A stretch of DNA of 64,000 nt, taken from Azolla caroliniana. Lineage: Eukaryota; Plantae; Polypodiophyta. A program made the translations under genes and the position numbers. The notes below the pieces were generated by a model. It did no database searches. It saw only the letters and a list, made by a program, of their open reading frames with translations, and was not told the origin of the DNA. The stretch covers positions 2,232,001 to 2,296,000 of the forward strand of contig JBHGNT010000015.1 in assembly GCA_043228905.1 (NCBI GenBank), in the 5' to 3' direction. Position 1 is the stretch's first letter; each line of letters opens with the position of its first letter. Positions 40,343 to 54,019 of this stretch are shown piece after piece.

Positions 40343-42007
40343 TGTCGTGATGTGACGTGCTCGAGAGTGGGAAAAACCGGCGAAAGGGGGGGGTCAAAAT
40401 GTGCATGTGCAATGTGTATGCACACAAAGGCGATTAGTTGTGCATATGCAAAATAAAAGGGAAAAGAAAGGGTGGGAAGGATGTATAGAAGCTCGTGCAA
40501 AAAGTAAGAGAGAGGAGAGATAAAAGGTAGAGGGGAGACAGACTAAGAATTTATACAGATAGAATTATATATTATATAAGAGAGAGTTAATGGGCTAGTG
40601 CATAGTCACATTGACTTCTAGTTAAAGGTGCACGGTTCAAATCTAGTCTTATAGTGTAGTGTGATTTAAGGAATTTTATTCCATTTTGCATTAAAGACGA
40701 AATTAGTGACCCCCATTCCTTTTTTCCTATAAAAGGAGGTTGAGGGGGGCTCATTAGGAAATGCCGTTTGGGAGGAGGAGACTATCGCCATTTTTCCTTC
40801 GGAGCTCTTCATCTTCTTCTTCACCACTTCTCTTCATCTCATACCCCTTCATCCCCTCATCGCCACGTGCTCGTCTTCTTTGCGTCGACACTTGAAGTGC
40901 TTGTGAGCCCAAGCTTCGTTGGTTCGATGTTGGTTTGCCCCGTTCGTTGTTGCGAGCCCGTGTGCTCGCCGTTTGGGTGGTCGTGGTTCGTTGGGGTTGG
41001 CATTTTGGTGGTGCTCGTGTGTTCATCTTCGCCGTGTTCGGATTTGCTCTTGTCTCTAAGGGCATTTACTATTTATCTTTTGATTGAGCTTGTGGTTAAC
41101 TATAAGTTCCCATTGTAATCAAACCCTATTTTATAAAGGGTCCTCTTGCGTTGGAATCAAACACGTATTTATTTCTTTGGCCGATATCATTCGTGTTTCT
41201 TTCTTTGTTCGTGTCTTCCTTGTACGTTTGTCCATCTTGTGACGAGGGAGCGTTTCGGGCGTGCCCATGCACCTCTCCTCCTCATAAAGACGTACGAGCA
41301 TTTGTGTGCGTGTTTGTGTCTTCCTTGTATGTTCGGCCGTCTTGTGACGAGGGAGCATTTCGGGCGTGCCCATGCACCTCTCCTCCTCATAAAGGCGTAC
41401 GAGCATTTTGTGCGTGTGTTTGTGTCTTCCTTGTATGTTTGGTCGTCTTGTGACGAGGGAGCGTTGGGGCTTGCCCATGCACCTCTCCTCCTCATAAAGG
41501 CGTACGAGCATTTTGTGCGTGTGTTTTTGTCTTCCTTGTACGTTCAGTCGTCTCGTGACGAGGGAGCGTTCGGGCTTGCCCATGCACCTCTCCTCCTCAT
41601 AAAGGCGTACGAGCATTTGTGCGTGTGTTTTGTGTCTTCCTCGTACGTTCGACGTCTTGTGATGAGGGAGCGTTCGGGCGTGCCCATGCACCTCTCCTCC
41701 TCATAAAGACATATGGGCATTCGTGTTTGTGTTATCGTCCCCTTGTGCGTTCATCTTGCGTGCTCATCTTGCTTGTACCCGTTTGATCACTTGGCTCGTG
41801 CGGTGATCTCGAAAGGTCGACGAGTCGTGATCAACGAAAGCCACCGGCCTCACAAAACAAAGGGCAACGAGCCCTTGCTTGGGAAGGGGTCGGGAAGTAG
41901 TATTGTCGTAAAGCAAACCTCGAGTCTTCTCTATCCCTTGAGTACTCCCAAGTCCAAGACCCCTGTGGTCCCGCCTAAGTAACACACGCGTGCGAAACTT
42001 CGCGACA
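40343..42007 (+). mobile_element. Solo LTR (1665 bp) of a non-chromovirus Gypsy, inserted in the integrase of the Tcn1-like element
   Basis: Termini TGTCGTGA..TCGCGACA resemble those of the 55806 LTR. Flanks CCGT and TCGT (4-bp TSD with one transition). The host frame STNR|AAEDRL rejoins when it is removed. TATA at ~40728. Confidence 0.85.
41190..41710. repeat. Five ~105-bp tandem units inside the solo LTR
   Basis: GACGAGGGAGC..GCCCATGCACCTCTCCTCCTCATAAAG.CGTACGAGCATTT recurs at ~105-bp spacing. Confidence 0.93.
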
Positions 42008-42395
42008 TCGTGCTGCTGAGGATCGTCTTAGTGGCCTCCAATAAATTCACACTACCATTCTTCACAATTTGCATGATGCTCAAGTTACACACAAGAGGCT
42101 TGCGGATCGTCATCGCCTAGATTCCTCCAAAAGATTCCGTGTTGGGGATCATGTATGGCTTCTCCAACAAAACATCAAGACCACTCGGCCTTGCGGTAAA
42201 TTGGATTACCAACGTTTTGACCCATACATGATCACTATTAAGATAAGTGACGTTGTATTTTGTCTTGGCCTCCCTCCGCACATATGTCTTCATCCGATGT
42301 TTCATGTATCCCTTTTGGAACCTTACGTCACAAGTTCAATTCCGGGTCGTCTTATAACTCCCCCACCACCTGTTGAGTTCTTGGAAGGACCCGAA

Positions 42396-43985
42396 AACCA
42401 TAACTCCTCCCTAGAGGATGCAATCTGCACTTGTGAGTGCCCAATTTGTCAATCTAGCTTGCAAGAGCATTGTAAATAATTAGAGCATGTTATCTCTTCC
42501 ATGAGTGGTCTTTTAGATTCAATATTGTGTCTGAGAGAATCTGAGGCTATCTTCCACAGTCATAAATGTGTCATGGGTTTAAGTCAAGATTGTGGCCCTA
42601 GTAGATTGAAGTGGTGTCCAAAAGAGTTGAGTAGTGAAATTTTAATCTTTATCAAGTTCTTTGAGGTTGTGGACACCAATTTCGAAGGAAAGGTGTGTAA
42701 AAGAAAGGATCTAGTTAGGAAGTCACTTAAACCAAGGGATTTGGCGTCTCTATTTGTAGTATATCTAGGAAAGTTCATTAAACACAACTTCATTTATTCA
42801 TGGCAAGCCCATCAGTTTAAGACTTGCATATCTGATTTTCCAAATGATTTAGTAGTCTCAATAGTAGATTTCGTAGAGAATTATACTTTCAAGCAGTAGA
42901 ATGAAATTCAATCCATGCATTGGTGTCAATGCAAGTAACCATTTTTGTGCACATAACATATTTTCGAGTTTTAGGTGATGTTACGAAAGTAGTTCATTTT
43001 TTTATTTCTGATGATAAGAAGCATGATACCTTGTTTGCCCAACACTGTTTTACAGTACATTGGAAATGGTTAATTAAGTCAACGTTTGAAGCATACTCAA
43101 CATTGCGTCTGGTCTGATGGAGTTGCGTCACAATTCAAGGCTAGATGTCCATTTTATTTTGTTGGTAGGTATCCTTCTGTAATAGTTTTGGAGATGAGAT
43201 GGAATTTTTTTGGGTCTGGCCATGGTAAAGGTGAACATGATGGATCAGGTGCACTTATAAAGCGGGCACTTACCCATGAACAACTAAAGGTGGATGGTGT
43301 GCATATGAATTGTGCAACACATATAGTCGAAATTTTAACAACTAATATGTCAATGAGTGCAACTGGTGTTTATTCCTCGCAGGTCCGAGATGTCAAACGT
43401 GAATTCTCGAATTGCGATCTCTCCATGTGGTTGGGGGTTATTCTAGGTTGGATGGTCAATGTATTGCGGTTTGAGAATTAACTTGTTTTTGCTTCCATTG
43501 TGTGCAGGGAAATTGGAGGTTTTGTTTAATAGGGCATATATTTAAAATTGGGAGTACCATACATTGAATGATAAGGACTAAGCGGATGGAGAAACAGAAA
43601 ACAATGTTGACTTCACATATCAGGGGCGTGGAGATACTCTGAGTAATTTCGTTGTAAATGCAGAAGAAGACAAATCAGAGGGTGTTGATTTCTATATATT
43701 GAAGTGCAAGGTTTGTAAACAATGTGCAACATAGAATATTGTAGATGCTTGGGGAAATTTTGTATCTGCAGGGACATTCTACATTGAAGGTATTTGTTAT
43801 GCAAGACTAGATGATTATGATTATGTGTATAGGCATTTTGAAGACAAACCAGTAGCATACATGTACTTTCATTTGGTCAGGTGCATCAACATCTCGATGT
43901 CACAATACAATAGCTGCTCAGGTTTATACATAGTTAGTGCTAATGTGTATGAATGTATTTACAATAGTATGCCATGGAATTTGTA
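42396..43985 (+). pseudogene. Sola2-like DDD transposase (degenerate, 5'-truncated)
   Basis: Motifs in order: C.CP.C, DFVENYTFKQ*NEIQSMHW..QVT, FISDDKKHD, WSDGVASQFK, WNFFGSGHGKGEHDGSGALIKR, and downstream TCFCFHC..W..C.N. These match the Sola2 signature (DF.ENY / SDG..Q.K / HGK..DG.G). No TIRs found. Confidence 0.8.
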
Positions 43986-45427
43986 GCTACAAGGAGATCA
44001 TACCAGTTTTCTCATAAAGTGGACAAAGTAGTTGTATTGCAAAAAAGCAGTTTAATAAAATCATTTGGGAGACTGTCTTCTTTCTGGTATACAGTTTTCT
44101 TTCTGTTCTTGTTTGTTAATAAAATCATTTGGGAGTCTTCTTTTTTATATACAGTCTTGTTTTTGTTCTTCTTTCTTAATAAAATCATGTTTGTTTAATA
44201 AAAAATAGTTTAATAAAATTGTGTGTCTTTTTTATATACAGTCTTCTTTGTGTTCTTCTATCTTAAAGAAAAGTTTAATAAAATCGTTTGAGAGTCTACT
44301 TTATGTTCTTGTTTGTTAATAAAATCGGCTTTGTTAAATGTGTATTGATTGTCAGTTTTACTTATTGCAACTTTTGGTTTTAGTCTGTTCAATGTGCATA
44401 ATGACAATTATACTGTCTAGACTAAATTTTGGCAATGGTGTTTTTACTCTCAAGTGAACCATGTACAAGTTCAAACAGTTTGTCATTCTGAGAACAACAA
44501 GCAACATGAAATCAGAAATCAATGACATATTTTAAAATTACACAGTAGATGATTTACTCAAAACAAGCGATTTAATTCTTCATTGATTAATCTGTCATCA
44601 AATTACATATTTATAATACACCATTGGCAATGTCTACAAAGCGCCTTTAAATAGCTAAGCTCTTGTTGGTCAGTGGAACTTCTCTACATATGTGATCTGA
44701 ATACTGAGCTCGGTATGGTGTCCACAACCATTTAGTTAGTTGGCAGCTCAATGTTTTTACCAAGTAGTTATCAGGCATTTTGTCAGGTACAATGAGGCAA
44801 CATCTGCGAAGGTTGTAGTAATGCTGTAAATGTTTTGTATCCACAATCAATGTATTGTCGGCATTATATTGGGGCTAGGTATGCCAAAAATAAAAAAGTC
44901 TTTTGAATCTTGCAATATCCTGCTATTCACATCTTTCTCGTGTCCACTAACCATTGAAGTGTTGTTGCCACTTTGGGAAGAATCTTTCTACACACTTCCA
45001 CACATTTGAACGTGGTTTTTCACTCAAAATAAACAAATCTTGCGTCAGCAATGGCTTGCACGATAGCCACATCTTGCGTTAGCTTTTCAAGTGCAATGGG
45101 ATCTGGTGGGACATCATCATCAGTTGGGCTTGGTGGGGGCGAATCAAGGTTTTGGGATTCGAAGAAATGTTGCATCAAGTGTTAAAAAACACTGTTGTTA
45201 TGAACCTCAGATTTACATGTTGTTTCGAATATTTCATGGCTTTTCACAACGTTGCCTAATTCAGTACAATCTTCCAAAAGAATAGGGTGGAATTGATATG
45301 AAGGAGATGTGATAGTAGGACTCTTACTTTTAGTCACGTTGCCAGCTATCTCCTCATCGGTTGCCGCGTCATCGGCACTAGACACCTCATACAACCTCCT
45401 TAATCCACGAGATTCTACAACACATTG

Positions 45428-46933
45428 TTAGCTAATTAGTGGCTTCACTTGTGTTTTTCTATGATCTTAGCTGAATACTAAACATGGTAGCTAATTAGCT
45501 ACATGGTAGGTAATTAGCGGCCACTCTTGATACTACTCAATACTACTACATCCTAGCTAATTAGCTGCTAATGAGCTAAGTAAGCTAATTAGCTATTCTT
45601 CCTAACTATGGTTGTGCCTAATTAGCTACCACTTTTGATACTACCATACTAAAGTATAATAGCTAATTAGCTCCTAGACTATAGATTGACAGTAGCTAAT
45701 TAGCCACATCTTAGCTAATTAGCTATTCTACTTTAGTATGGTAGTAGCTAAATAACTATTCTTCTTAACTATGGCAATAGTTAATTAGCTAGCACTCATG
45801 ATACTGCTTAGCTAATTAACTACATCTTAGCTAATTAGTTGCTAGACTATAGGTTGGTAGTAGCTAATTAGCAAGATCTTAGCTAATTAGCTATTCTACT
45901 TTAGTATGGCAGTAGCTAATTAGCTATTCTACTTTAGTATGGTAGTGACTAATTAGCTACATCTTAGCTAAATAGCTATTCTTCTTAACTATGGCAATAG
46001 CCAATTAGATATCACTCTTGATACTGCTTAGGTAAATAGCTACATCTTAGCTAAATAGCTATTCTTCTTAACTATGACAATAGCTAATTAGATATCACTC
46101 TTGATACTGCTTAGGTAAATAACTACATCTTAGCTAAATAACTATTCTTCTTAACTATGGCAGTAACTAATTAGCCATCACTCTTGATATTGCTTAGCTA
46201 AATAACTATTCTTCTTAACTATGGCAGTAACTAATTAGCTATCACTTTTGATACTGCTTCACTAATTAGCTACATCTTAGCTAATTAGGTGCTAGACTAT
46301 AGGTTGGCAGTAGCTAATTAGCTACATCATAGCTAATTAGCTATTCTACTTAAATATGGTAGTAGGTAATTAGCTACATTGTAGCTAATTAGCTACTACA
46401 CTATAGGCTAGCAACAACTAATTAGCTATTCTAGTTAAATAGGCTAACAACAACTAATTGGCTACTACACTATAGGCTAGCAACAACTAATTAGCTATTC
46501 TACTTAAGTATGGTAGTAGCTAATTAGCTAAGTGGTAGCTAATTAGCTACTCCACTATAGGCCGACAATAGCTAAATAGCTACCACTTAGCTAATTAGCT
46601 ATTCTTTTTAAGTATTGCAATAGCTAATTAGCTATTGCACTATAGTTTGGCAGTAGTTAATTAGCTATTCTACTTAAGTATGGAGCTAATTAGCTACTAC
46701 ACTATAGGTTGACAGTAGCTAATTAGTTACATCTTAGCTAATTAGCTGATAGACTATAGCTAATTAGCTATTGCAAGACCATAGATTTATAGTAGCTAAT
46801 TAGCTACATCTCGGCTAATTAGCAATACCTAGTTTGTAGCTAATTAACTAATACGCTATTGAACCATAACAACTAAATAGCTACCACACTTTATACGGCT
46901 TTGCTAATTAGCTAAGATGTAACTAATTAGCTA
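45428..46933. repeat. Array of ~50 copies of the 14-bp palindrome TAGCTAATTAGCTA with recurring 5-, 17- and 19-bp spacers
   Basis: Counted by eye, including degenerate copies. Spacers include CATCT, CACTCTTGATACTGCT, TTCTACTTTAGTATGGTAG, TTCTTCTTAACTATGGCAA and CTAGACTATAGGTTGGTAG. An 83-bp higher-order repeat lies at ~45961-46210. Confidence 0.93.
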
Positions 46934-47293
46934 CTACACTATAGAGACAAGCAACAAATTTACCTGTCAGTTTTCTCCACTCATCTGGGAGAGTTGTATT
47001 GCAATCCCCCAAACAGACTATAGCAATGCGACATGCATATTGAAAACAAACGATATGGTATGTGTGCTGACATGGTCCTAGGTGTACCAACAAAGTAGTA
47101 GTTTTGTCCTCTACGCTTAAACCGCAAGCGATGCAACATGCTTGAACAGTCAATATATCGTTACTTGGTTCTCCGTCGTTTGGTAAGGAAGCAAGAATGT
47201 TCAGGTCCAATTCTTGTTTGCTCTTTACCATCCCCTCCACAAAATGTAGCTGCTTCTTAAGGCAGCTAACTACCTGTTCTTGACGGGAGTATT

Positions 47294-50200
47294 TGTAATA
47301 ACCAAGATCATTAATCCTAAAATAAAGATATAAATGACACAATCATACTGAAAATACGCGTTACCACCCATCCACCCTACCCTCGCTCCAGAGTCGACAA
47401 GGCAGACGAGGAATCCCGTTCTGTCCCATACCAGCCAAGATCTCCACGTTAGGACCTTGGTAGATGACTAGTCCACATCAAAGAGAGCTTCGTCGGAACC
47501 ACTCATGGGGCCCCCCCTTAACCAAGGAGAGTCTCCCCTATTTATAAGACCTAGGCCATGTAATGACATCTACATGACCAATCATGTGCGGGGTACCCTA
47601 TGACACACATTAGGTTAGTCCAATAAAGCCGACGACTCAGATATTACAGTATGATAGCCCCCTAATAAGCATGTCTAAACCAATGAACATTACATACTCC
47701 CCCCCTCCATTTACTTGCACTCTTGCAATGGGAAGTTAGGAAAATGTTTGCATAATGTCTCTTCGATTTCCCATTTGATGTCTTCTTCCAATCTATCCTT
47801 CCACTTAACCTTGTAGTGATGAACAACCTTTGACCTTAGGTTTCTAGACCTATGGTCGAGGATTTTCTCAGGTTCATGTGGAGCAAAATGATCATCCTCT
47901 AATGTCGATAAATTAGATGGTGTTACAACATTATCATCATAACCAATCACCTCCTTTAATCGACCCGTGTGGAATACGAGATGAACCATCACATTGGAAG
48001 GCAAATCCAAATGATAAGCATTGGGACCTATACATTTTAAAACTTTATATGGTCCACAATACCTTGGGGCTAATTTTGCACACGGTCCTGTTCTCAATGT
48101 TTCTAAGTCCTTAGGAACCCGTAGAAAAACTTGTTGTCCTACATGAAATTCCCTTGGTTTTCTATCATGATTAGCATAAAAGACATTTCTGTCCTGTGCC
48201 ATCTTAAGGTTTTCTTCTGCCAATTTACGTGCTTCAAGTATATTAGACAGAAAATCCTTTGTACTATCCAAAGTATGTGAATCAAACGAAACATCAATAG
48301 GAGGACGTGGCATATAACCATACATCAACATGAATAGATTGTATTTTGTTGATGTATGCTTAGCGTTGTTGTAGGCAAATTCCACCATAGGAAGGTAAGT
48401 CTCCCATAATGAGGGTTTTTGCACTTCATATGCTCTCAACATATCCTCTAATATCTGATTCACTCTCTCAGTTTGCCCATCTGACTGAGGATGATCAGAA
48501 GAACTGAGACTCAAGGTTATTTGAAGTTTCTGCATAACTTCTGACCAAAATGTACTTGTAAACTTGGAGTCTCAATCACTTACAATCTCCATCGGTAGAC
48601 CATATAAGCTATAAAGATGTTTAATAAACTTAATAGCCAATTGTTTTGTGGTAATTGTGGATTTTGTTGGAATGAACCTTGCCATCTTGGTAAGCCGATC
48701 AACAACTACCCAAATGACATTGTTTCCCTCAATGGAACGAGGTAATCCAACTATGAAATCCATGGATATACTTTGCCAATTTTCAGCTACAATAAGCCAG
48801 CTTTTTTCTGTCACTCAGCCTTAATGATCTAACATTGTGGACATCGAATGACATAGGACTCTACCTTAGGTTCCATTTTTGGCCAGAAAAACCTAGCTTT
48901 AATCAAACCTAATGTTCTTTGCACACTTGGATGTCCAACAGAAGGGCATCATGACATTCATACACAATTTTATTCTTGATGTCCTTTATGTGTGGTATGC
49001 AAACCTTACTATTGCGGTACAATAACCCATTTGTAACATGGTAAAGGTTCTTCAGGGTAGATGTGGTTCCATGATCGACGTCAATACCTGTTTCAGCTCT
49101 CTTCCAGAACTTCGAAAATGTTTTGTCATCAAGGTATTTTTGTTTACCCCGGATCAAATCATATAAGTCGTCGTTAAATTCCATGAAACTTAGGGCATTG
49201 ATTTTTGGAATACAACTCAGGGTATTTGCAATGGAATTCAAAGTCTTGCATCAACTCCGCCCATCTTGCCTTTCGACCCTCAAAATTCTTTTGAGAGAGG
49301 AAGTATTTTAAGGCTTTGTGATCCATTAAAATAGTAAATTTACTACCATATGAATAATGTCGCCATTTCTTTAAGGTGTAAATAATAGCAAATAATTCTT
49401 TTTCTTGAACCGACTAATTTCTTTGGGCTGAATCCAATTTTTTGCTTTCAAAAGCAATCGGTCTCCCAATTTGAAATAATGCAGCACCAATAGCATAATC
49501 ACTTGCATCCGTCTCAACTTTGGATGTTTGATTAGGATTAGTTATAGCTAAAGTAGGTGCATTCACAATTAATGACTTGAACTTATTGAAGGTTTCTTCA
49601 AGAGAGGCATTCCACTGAATAGGTTTAGTGGACTTTCTTGTAATGCCCTTCAATAGGTCCGTAAATGGTGTTGTGTAGGATGAATAGTTTTGAAGAGATT
49701 TTCTTAGGAATCCAATAAATCCTAAGAATGATCATAACTCCTTAACATTTGAAGGTCGTGGCCAATTTAATACTGCTTCTATCTTAGATTTATCAATAGA
49801 CACACCCAACCTAGATATGCGGTGTCCAAGATACGTAATTTCCTTTTGAAAGAAATCACATTTAGATAGTTTAGCAAATAGCTTGTATTCACGAAGCTTG
49901 TCCAAAACTATTCTAACATGACACACACGATCCTCAAATGTATTACTATATACCATGATGTCATCAAGGAATACGACCACGAAATCACCAAGCTGATCTC
50001 TGAATATATCATTCATCAATTGCTGGAATGTGGCTGGAGCATTAGTCAACCCAAATGGTAGAACCCGAAACTCATAATGACCATAACGAGTTCGGAAAGC
50101 TGTTTTGGAAACATCTTCTTCCGAAACCCTGATTTGATGATAGCCAGTGAGCAAGTCTATCTTAGTAAAATATCTTGCACTTTGGAGTCTATCTATCAAG

Positions 50201-53200
50201 TTATCAGAACGAGCAAAGGGTAGGAATTGCGAATGGTGAGTTTATTCAAACCTTTGTAATTCACACACATTCGCCAAGTTTCATCCTTCTTCTTGGCTAA
50301 GATGATAGGAGCTCCCCATGGTGATTTACTGTACCGGATGTGTCCCATCCTCAAGTACTCCTTGATTTGTCGGGCAATTTCATCCTCTTCGGTTCGACTC
50401 AACCGATATGGGGGTATGCTCACCGGTTTAGCGCTTAAAAGGAGGTAGTCCTTGAGGTAACTTATCCGGGAATATCTCCTTAAAATTCGACAAGATGTCA
50501 CGTAGAGCATCTTTCTCAAAATCTTCCAATGAACTCTTATTTACAAATTGATACAGAAGATCATTGGGCTCTAATATACATGCATAAAAGTGTGCATTGA
50601 CGTTTCGATCATAAGCATAAAGATGATTAACAGACATTAAATTGTTTATCGCAATCCCATGAATAAAAACTTGTTGGTTATTATTTCCTTCAAAAGAAAT
50701 AGAATGATTTGGCCAATTGATATAAAGCCTATGTCTATTATAAAACCATATGTAACCAAGAACTACATCTACTGTTCGTAAACGCATTACATGAAAAGTC
50801 AACTTTTCAATGTAGTTATTACACCATGTGCAATGAATGAATGCCTTTGGATATGGCCTCCTGCAATAAGGACTTTGTAGTCGTGGTCACTTTTGGTTGT
50901 TTTTATTCGTAACATCTGCACCATATTAGAGTTAAGAAAATTATGAGTGCTACCACAGTCAAATAGTATAGTTACACTTTGATTGTGGATAGTCCCATAA
51001 GTTTTAAGTAAATCGTGTGGTCCAAGAATATTTTTTTGTAATGCAATAGAACTAACGGAATTCAAATAATTCAAGAACATACTTGGATTATTGGAAGTTG
51101 ATGGCTTTCTTTGCGGATTGTTGGGGTTACCGCTCTCCTTTCTCCGCCTACACTCGTTGGCTTTATGCCTAGGCTTCTTACAGAAGTTGCAGATTATTAC
51201 CCACCTTTTCGCATTGTCGCTTGACCTATCAGACAAGGTTGGTATCTACGTTTACCGCTTTCTCCTTCCAACTCTTTTGGTTGGTAACAAGCTTTTGTGT
51301 CAAATAGAATGCGGGCCCGTTCCATCGCTTCTCCCAAAGTCTTGGGTTGATGAGCGTGGATCTCATAATGAAAATCTTTATTATGGAAACTATTAATATA
51401 TAATCCTATCAGTATTTCCTCATTAGATGCTGACAAAAGTCCATGCTTCGTTATCATGTCGCAGAAATACTGATTGAATTGGTCAATAGTCTTGGCCTTA
51501 TCTGACAAGTGACACATATCTTGTATCACTTGAGAAGTCGTCTTGGGGCGGACAAATTCCATCCTGAGAGTCTTTTCAAATGCCTCCCACATTCCGGGTT
51601 TTCTATCCAACCGCTCCCACCATGAGTTTGCGGCACCGATCATCTCACGAACTGCCATATCGATATTTTCAGAATCATTCTGAATATTCTTGAGGCGAAA
51701 GTGAGCATTCCATCGGTTTATCCAACTGCTCACAAACTCGTGGTTGAGTTGCTTATCCCTTCCCGAGAACCGTTGAGGAGTAAATGAAGGCTTCTTTGTA
51801 TTGCTTGATGTGGAAGCGTGTGCCTTTAACTCCAAAATTTGTTGTTGAAGGTTTTCAAACTTATGCCTATTGGCATCAAGAAGCCCTTCAAGTTTGGAGG
51901 AGAACGCAGTTGTGACCATTGTCATTGACTTGACAATATCATCTTGCGTTTTGCGGAAATCATCCCTCGTGACAAATTGGATATCGTCGTTAATATCCTT
52001 GGCACGGACCGAAGATATTGGTCGGTCATCCTCATCTCGCATAGGTGAAATTGGATGACCTTGACGGGTGGGAGATGCGGGATGTGTCAAAAAACTACGA
52101 TGATTGGGAGATGTGTGATGTGCAGAATTACGAGAGGAGGAAGCCATGAAAATTAAGGAGAGTTGAGAGAGGAAAGAAATAACTATACTAAAGTCTAAAG
52201 TACTAAAGTGTATTATAAAAGACTTTAGGATTTAGATGAGGAAATAAAGAGTGATAGATAATGAGAGAGTGGGAGTACTTATATACCCAAATTTCTTAAG
52301 TCGGTGAGTAAAACAAAATCCCCCTAGATATGTCCAATTTAGGCATTTATCCCTTTTTTATCAATAGGAATTTCTAGATTAGACATTAGGAGCAATACCT
52401 TCCCTTTTAAGAAGTCGGTGAGTACTAGTCGGTGGCCACCTTTCTAAGGTTACTTTCTTGAATGCTTCCAAACTAGGAAATTCTCCTTTTTTAGTTATGA
52501 AAATTTTCTAGTTTAGATTTTAGAGATAAGCATCCCCCTTTTGGAAGTCGGTGGGGATAGTAGGTGACTTCCTTGAGAATCACTGTAGTTTGTACTAACT
52601 AAACTATGATGATGATCATCCCAATAATGATGATCTCTTCACTCATCATCCCAATATTCCTCTTGAGAATTATTGTACTAACCAAGTAGTGATGATGGTC
52701 ATCCCAATAATGATGATCTATTCACTCATCATATCCTTATTCCTCCCATCCATCTCATACTCACGATCCCTCTCAACATTGATTTCTTCTCTTCACTCTC
52801 TCCTTCGCATCGATTAATAAATGATGATGATCTTATCCATATAATTATATTATCATCTTTTTAATCAACTATACAATCATCCATATAATCAACCCATTAA
52901 CGCTAATGATCTATAGATTATCCATCCATCATCATGTAATTAACACGCACCCGTGGTGATGGATGATTGTGGCCATTCAATTAAACCTTAGGGTCAATGA
53001 TTAATTGATTATCGACAATCAACGATCATCACCCTAGTTCTATCAGCCAATTTTAATTAAATTGATTATTAAGGATCATTATCCATATATATGATATTCA
53101 TCAATTATTTCATTGAAAATTCAACAATCAAGCATCACCTATAGTATATTAGGTGGCCAACCTCTAGAGATACGATCTCCACATGTAAGGCCGCCTCATG

Positions 53201-54019
53201 GGCATAGCCATTAGATCAAGAGGGGTATACAAAACACATAGTAATAATAACAATAATTTTATAAAACTTTTTTAACCTCTTGATTTATTTTTTAATTTTT
53301 TTTGTGCATCAATGAATCGAACTCATAGCCTTTACTTTTAAGGTTATTGCATGAATATACTAACCAACCCATCACACAAATTTTGTTGTGTTATGGTCAA
53401 TGTCAAAACCTTAATATATTCATTATACATAACCCCAATATACCACAAATCAACATATCTCCCCTGAACGGAATCTCTGTGGCGTTTTTGACACATCCCC
53501 AATCCATCATTTAACATACATTAGTACATAAAAAAAATATAACATATTTTCCCGTACTAAAGCACATAACGTGAATCCAATCAAACATTATTTTTTTAGG
53601 ATTAAAACCGCTCTGATACCATATGTAATAACCAAGATCATTAATCCTAAAATAAAGATATAAATGACACAATCATATTGAAAATACGCGTTACCAACCA
53701 TCCGTCCCCGTGCCAGAGTCAACAACGCGGATGAGGAATCCCGATCTGTCCCATACCAGCCAGGATCTCCACGTTAGGACCTTGGTAGATAACAAGTCCA
53801 CATCAAAGAGAGCTTCGTCTGAACCACTCATGGCCCCCCCCCTTAACCAAGGAGAGTCTCCCCTATTTATAGGACCTAGGCCATGTAATGACATCTACCT
53901 GACCAATCATGTGTGGGGTACCCTATGACACACATTAAGTCAGTCCAATAAAGCTGATGACTCAAATATTACAGTATGATAACCCCTAAATAAGCATGTC
54001 TAAACCCATGGACATTATA
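47294..54019 (-). mobile_element. Full-length but degenerate Ty3/gypsy chromovirus (tRNA-iMet primed, with chromodomain)
   Basis: LTRs at 47294-47694 and 53624-54019 (visibly diverged). TSD GTATT on both sides. PBS at 53610-53621, PPT GGAGGGGGGGAGTA at 47695-47708. Gag 52147-51197, CCHC knuckle and protease LFDCGSTHNF, RT FLDD, RNase H ETDASDYAIG, INT DFIVGLP, chromodomain EPEKILDHR..YKVKWK. Many frameshifts. Confidence 0.93.

Larger units (their letters stand above)
35903..42395 (+). mobile_element. Degenerate Ty3/gypsy chromovirus of fungal-like (Tcn1/Tf-like) type, 3'-truncated
   Basis: Putative 5' LTR ~35903-36335 (TATAAATA at 36197). Gag REPKISLPAKFDG..FLNQ (36439), protease LLDSGA, RT (YLDDILI near 38508), RNase [12 protein letters not shown], integrase DFITDL..DQGPQF and a GPY/F region. 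It breaks at EGPE, the start of the chromodomain. Many stops and frameshifts. Confidence 0.88.

Noticed and set aside
41131-41706. 186-aa repeat proteins on both strands
   Set aside because: They are a by-product of the ~105-bp tandem unit inside a solo LTR.
45428-46933. CRISPR array (palindromic repeat plus spacers)
   Set aside because: The repeat is only 14 bp, the spacers are 5-19 bp and recur rather than being unique, no cas genes are present, and the context is a eukaryotic intron.
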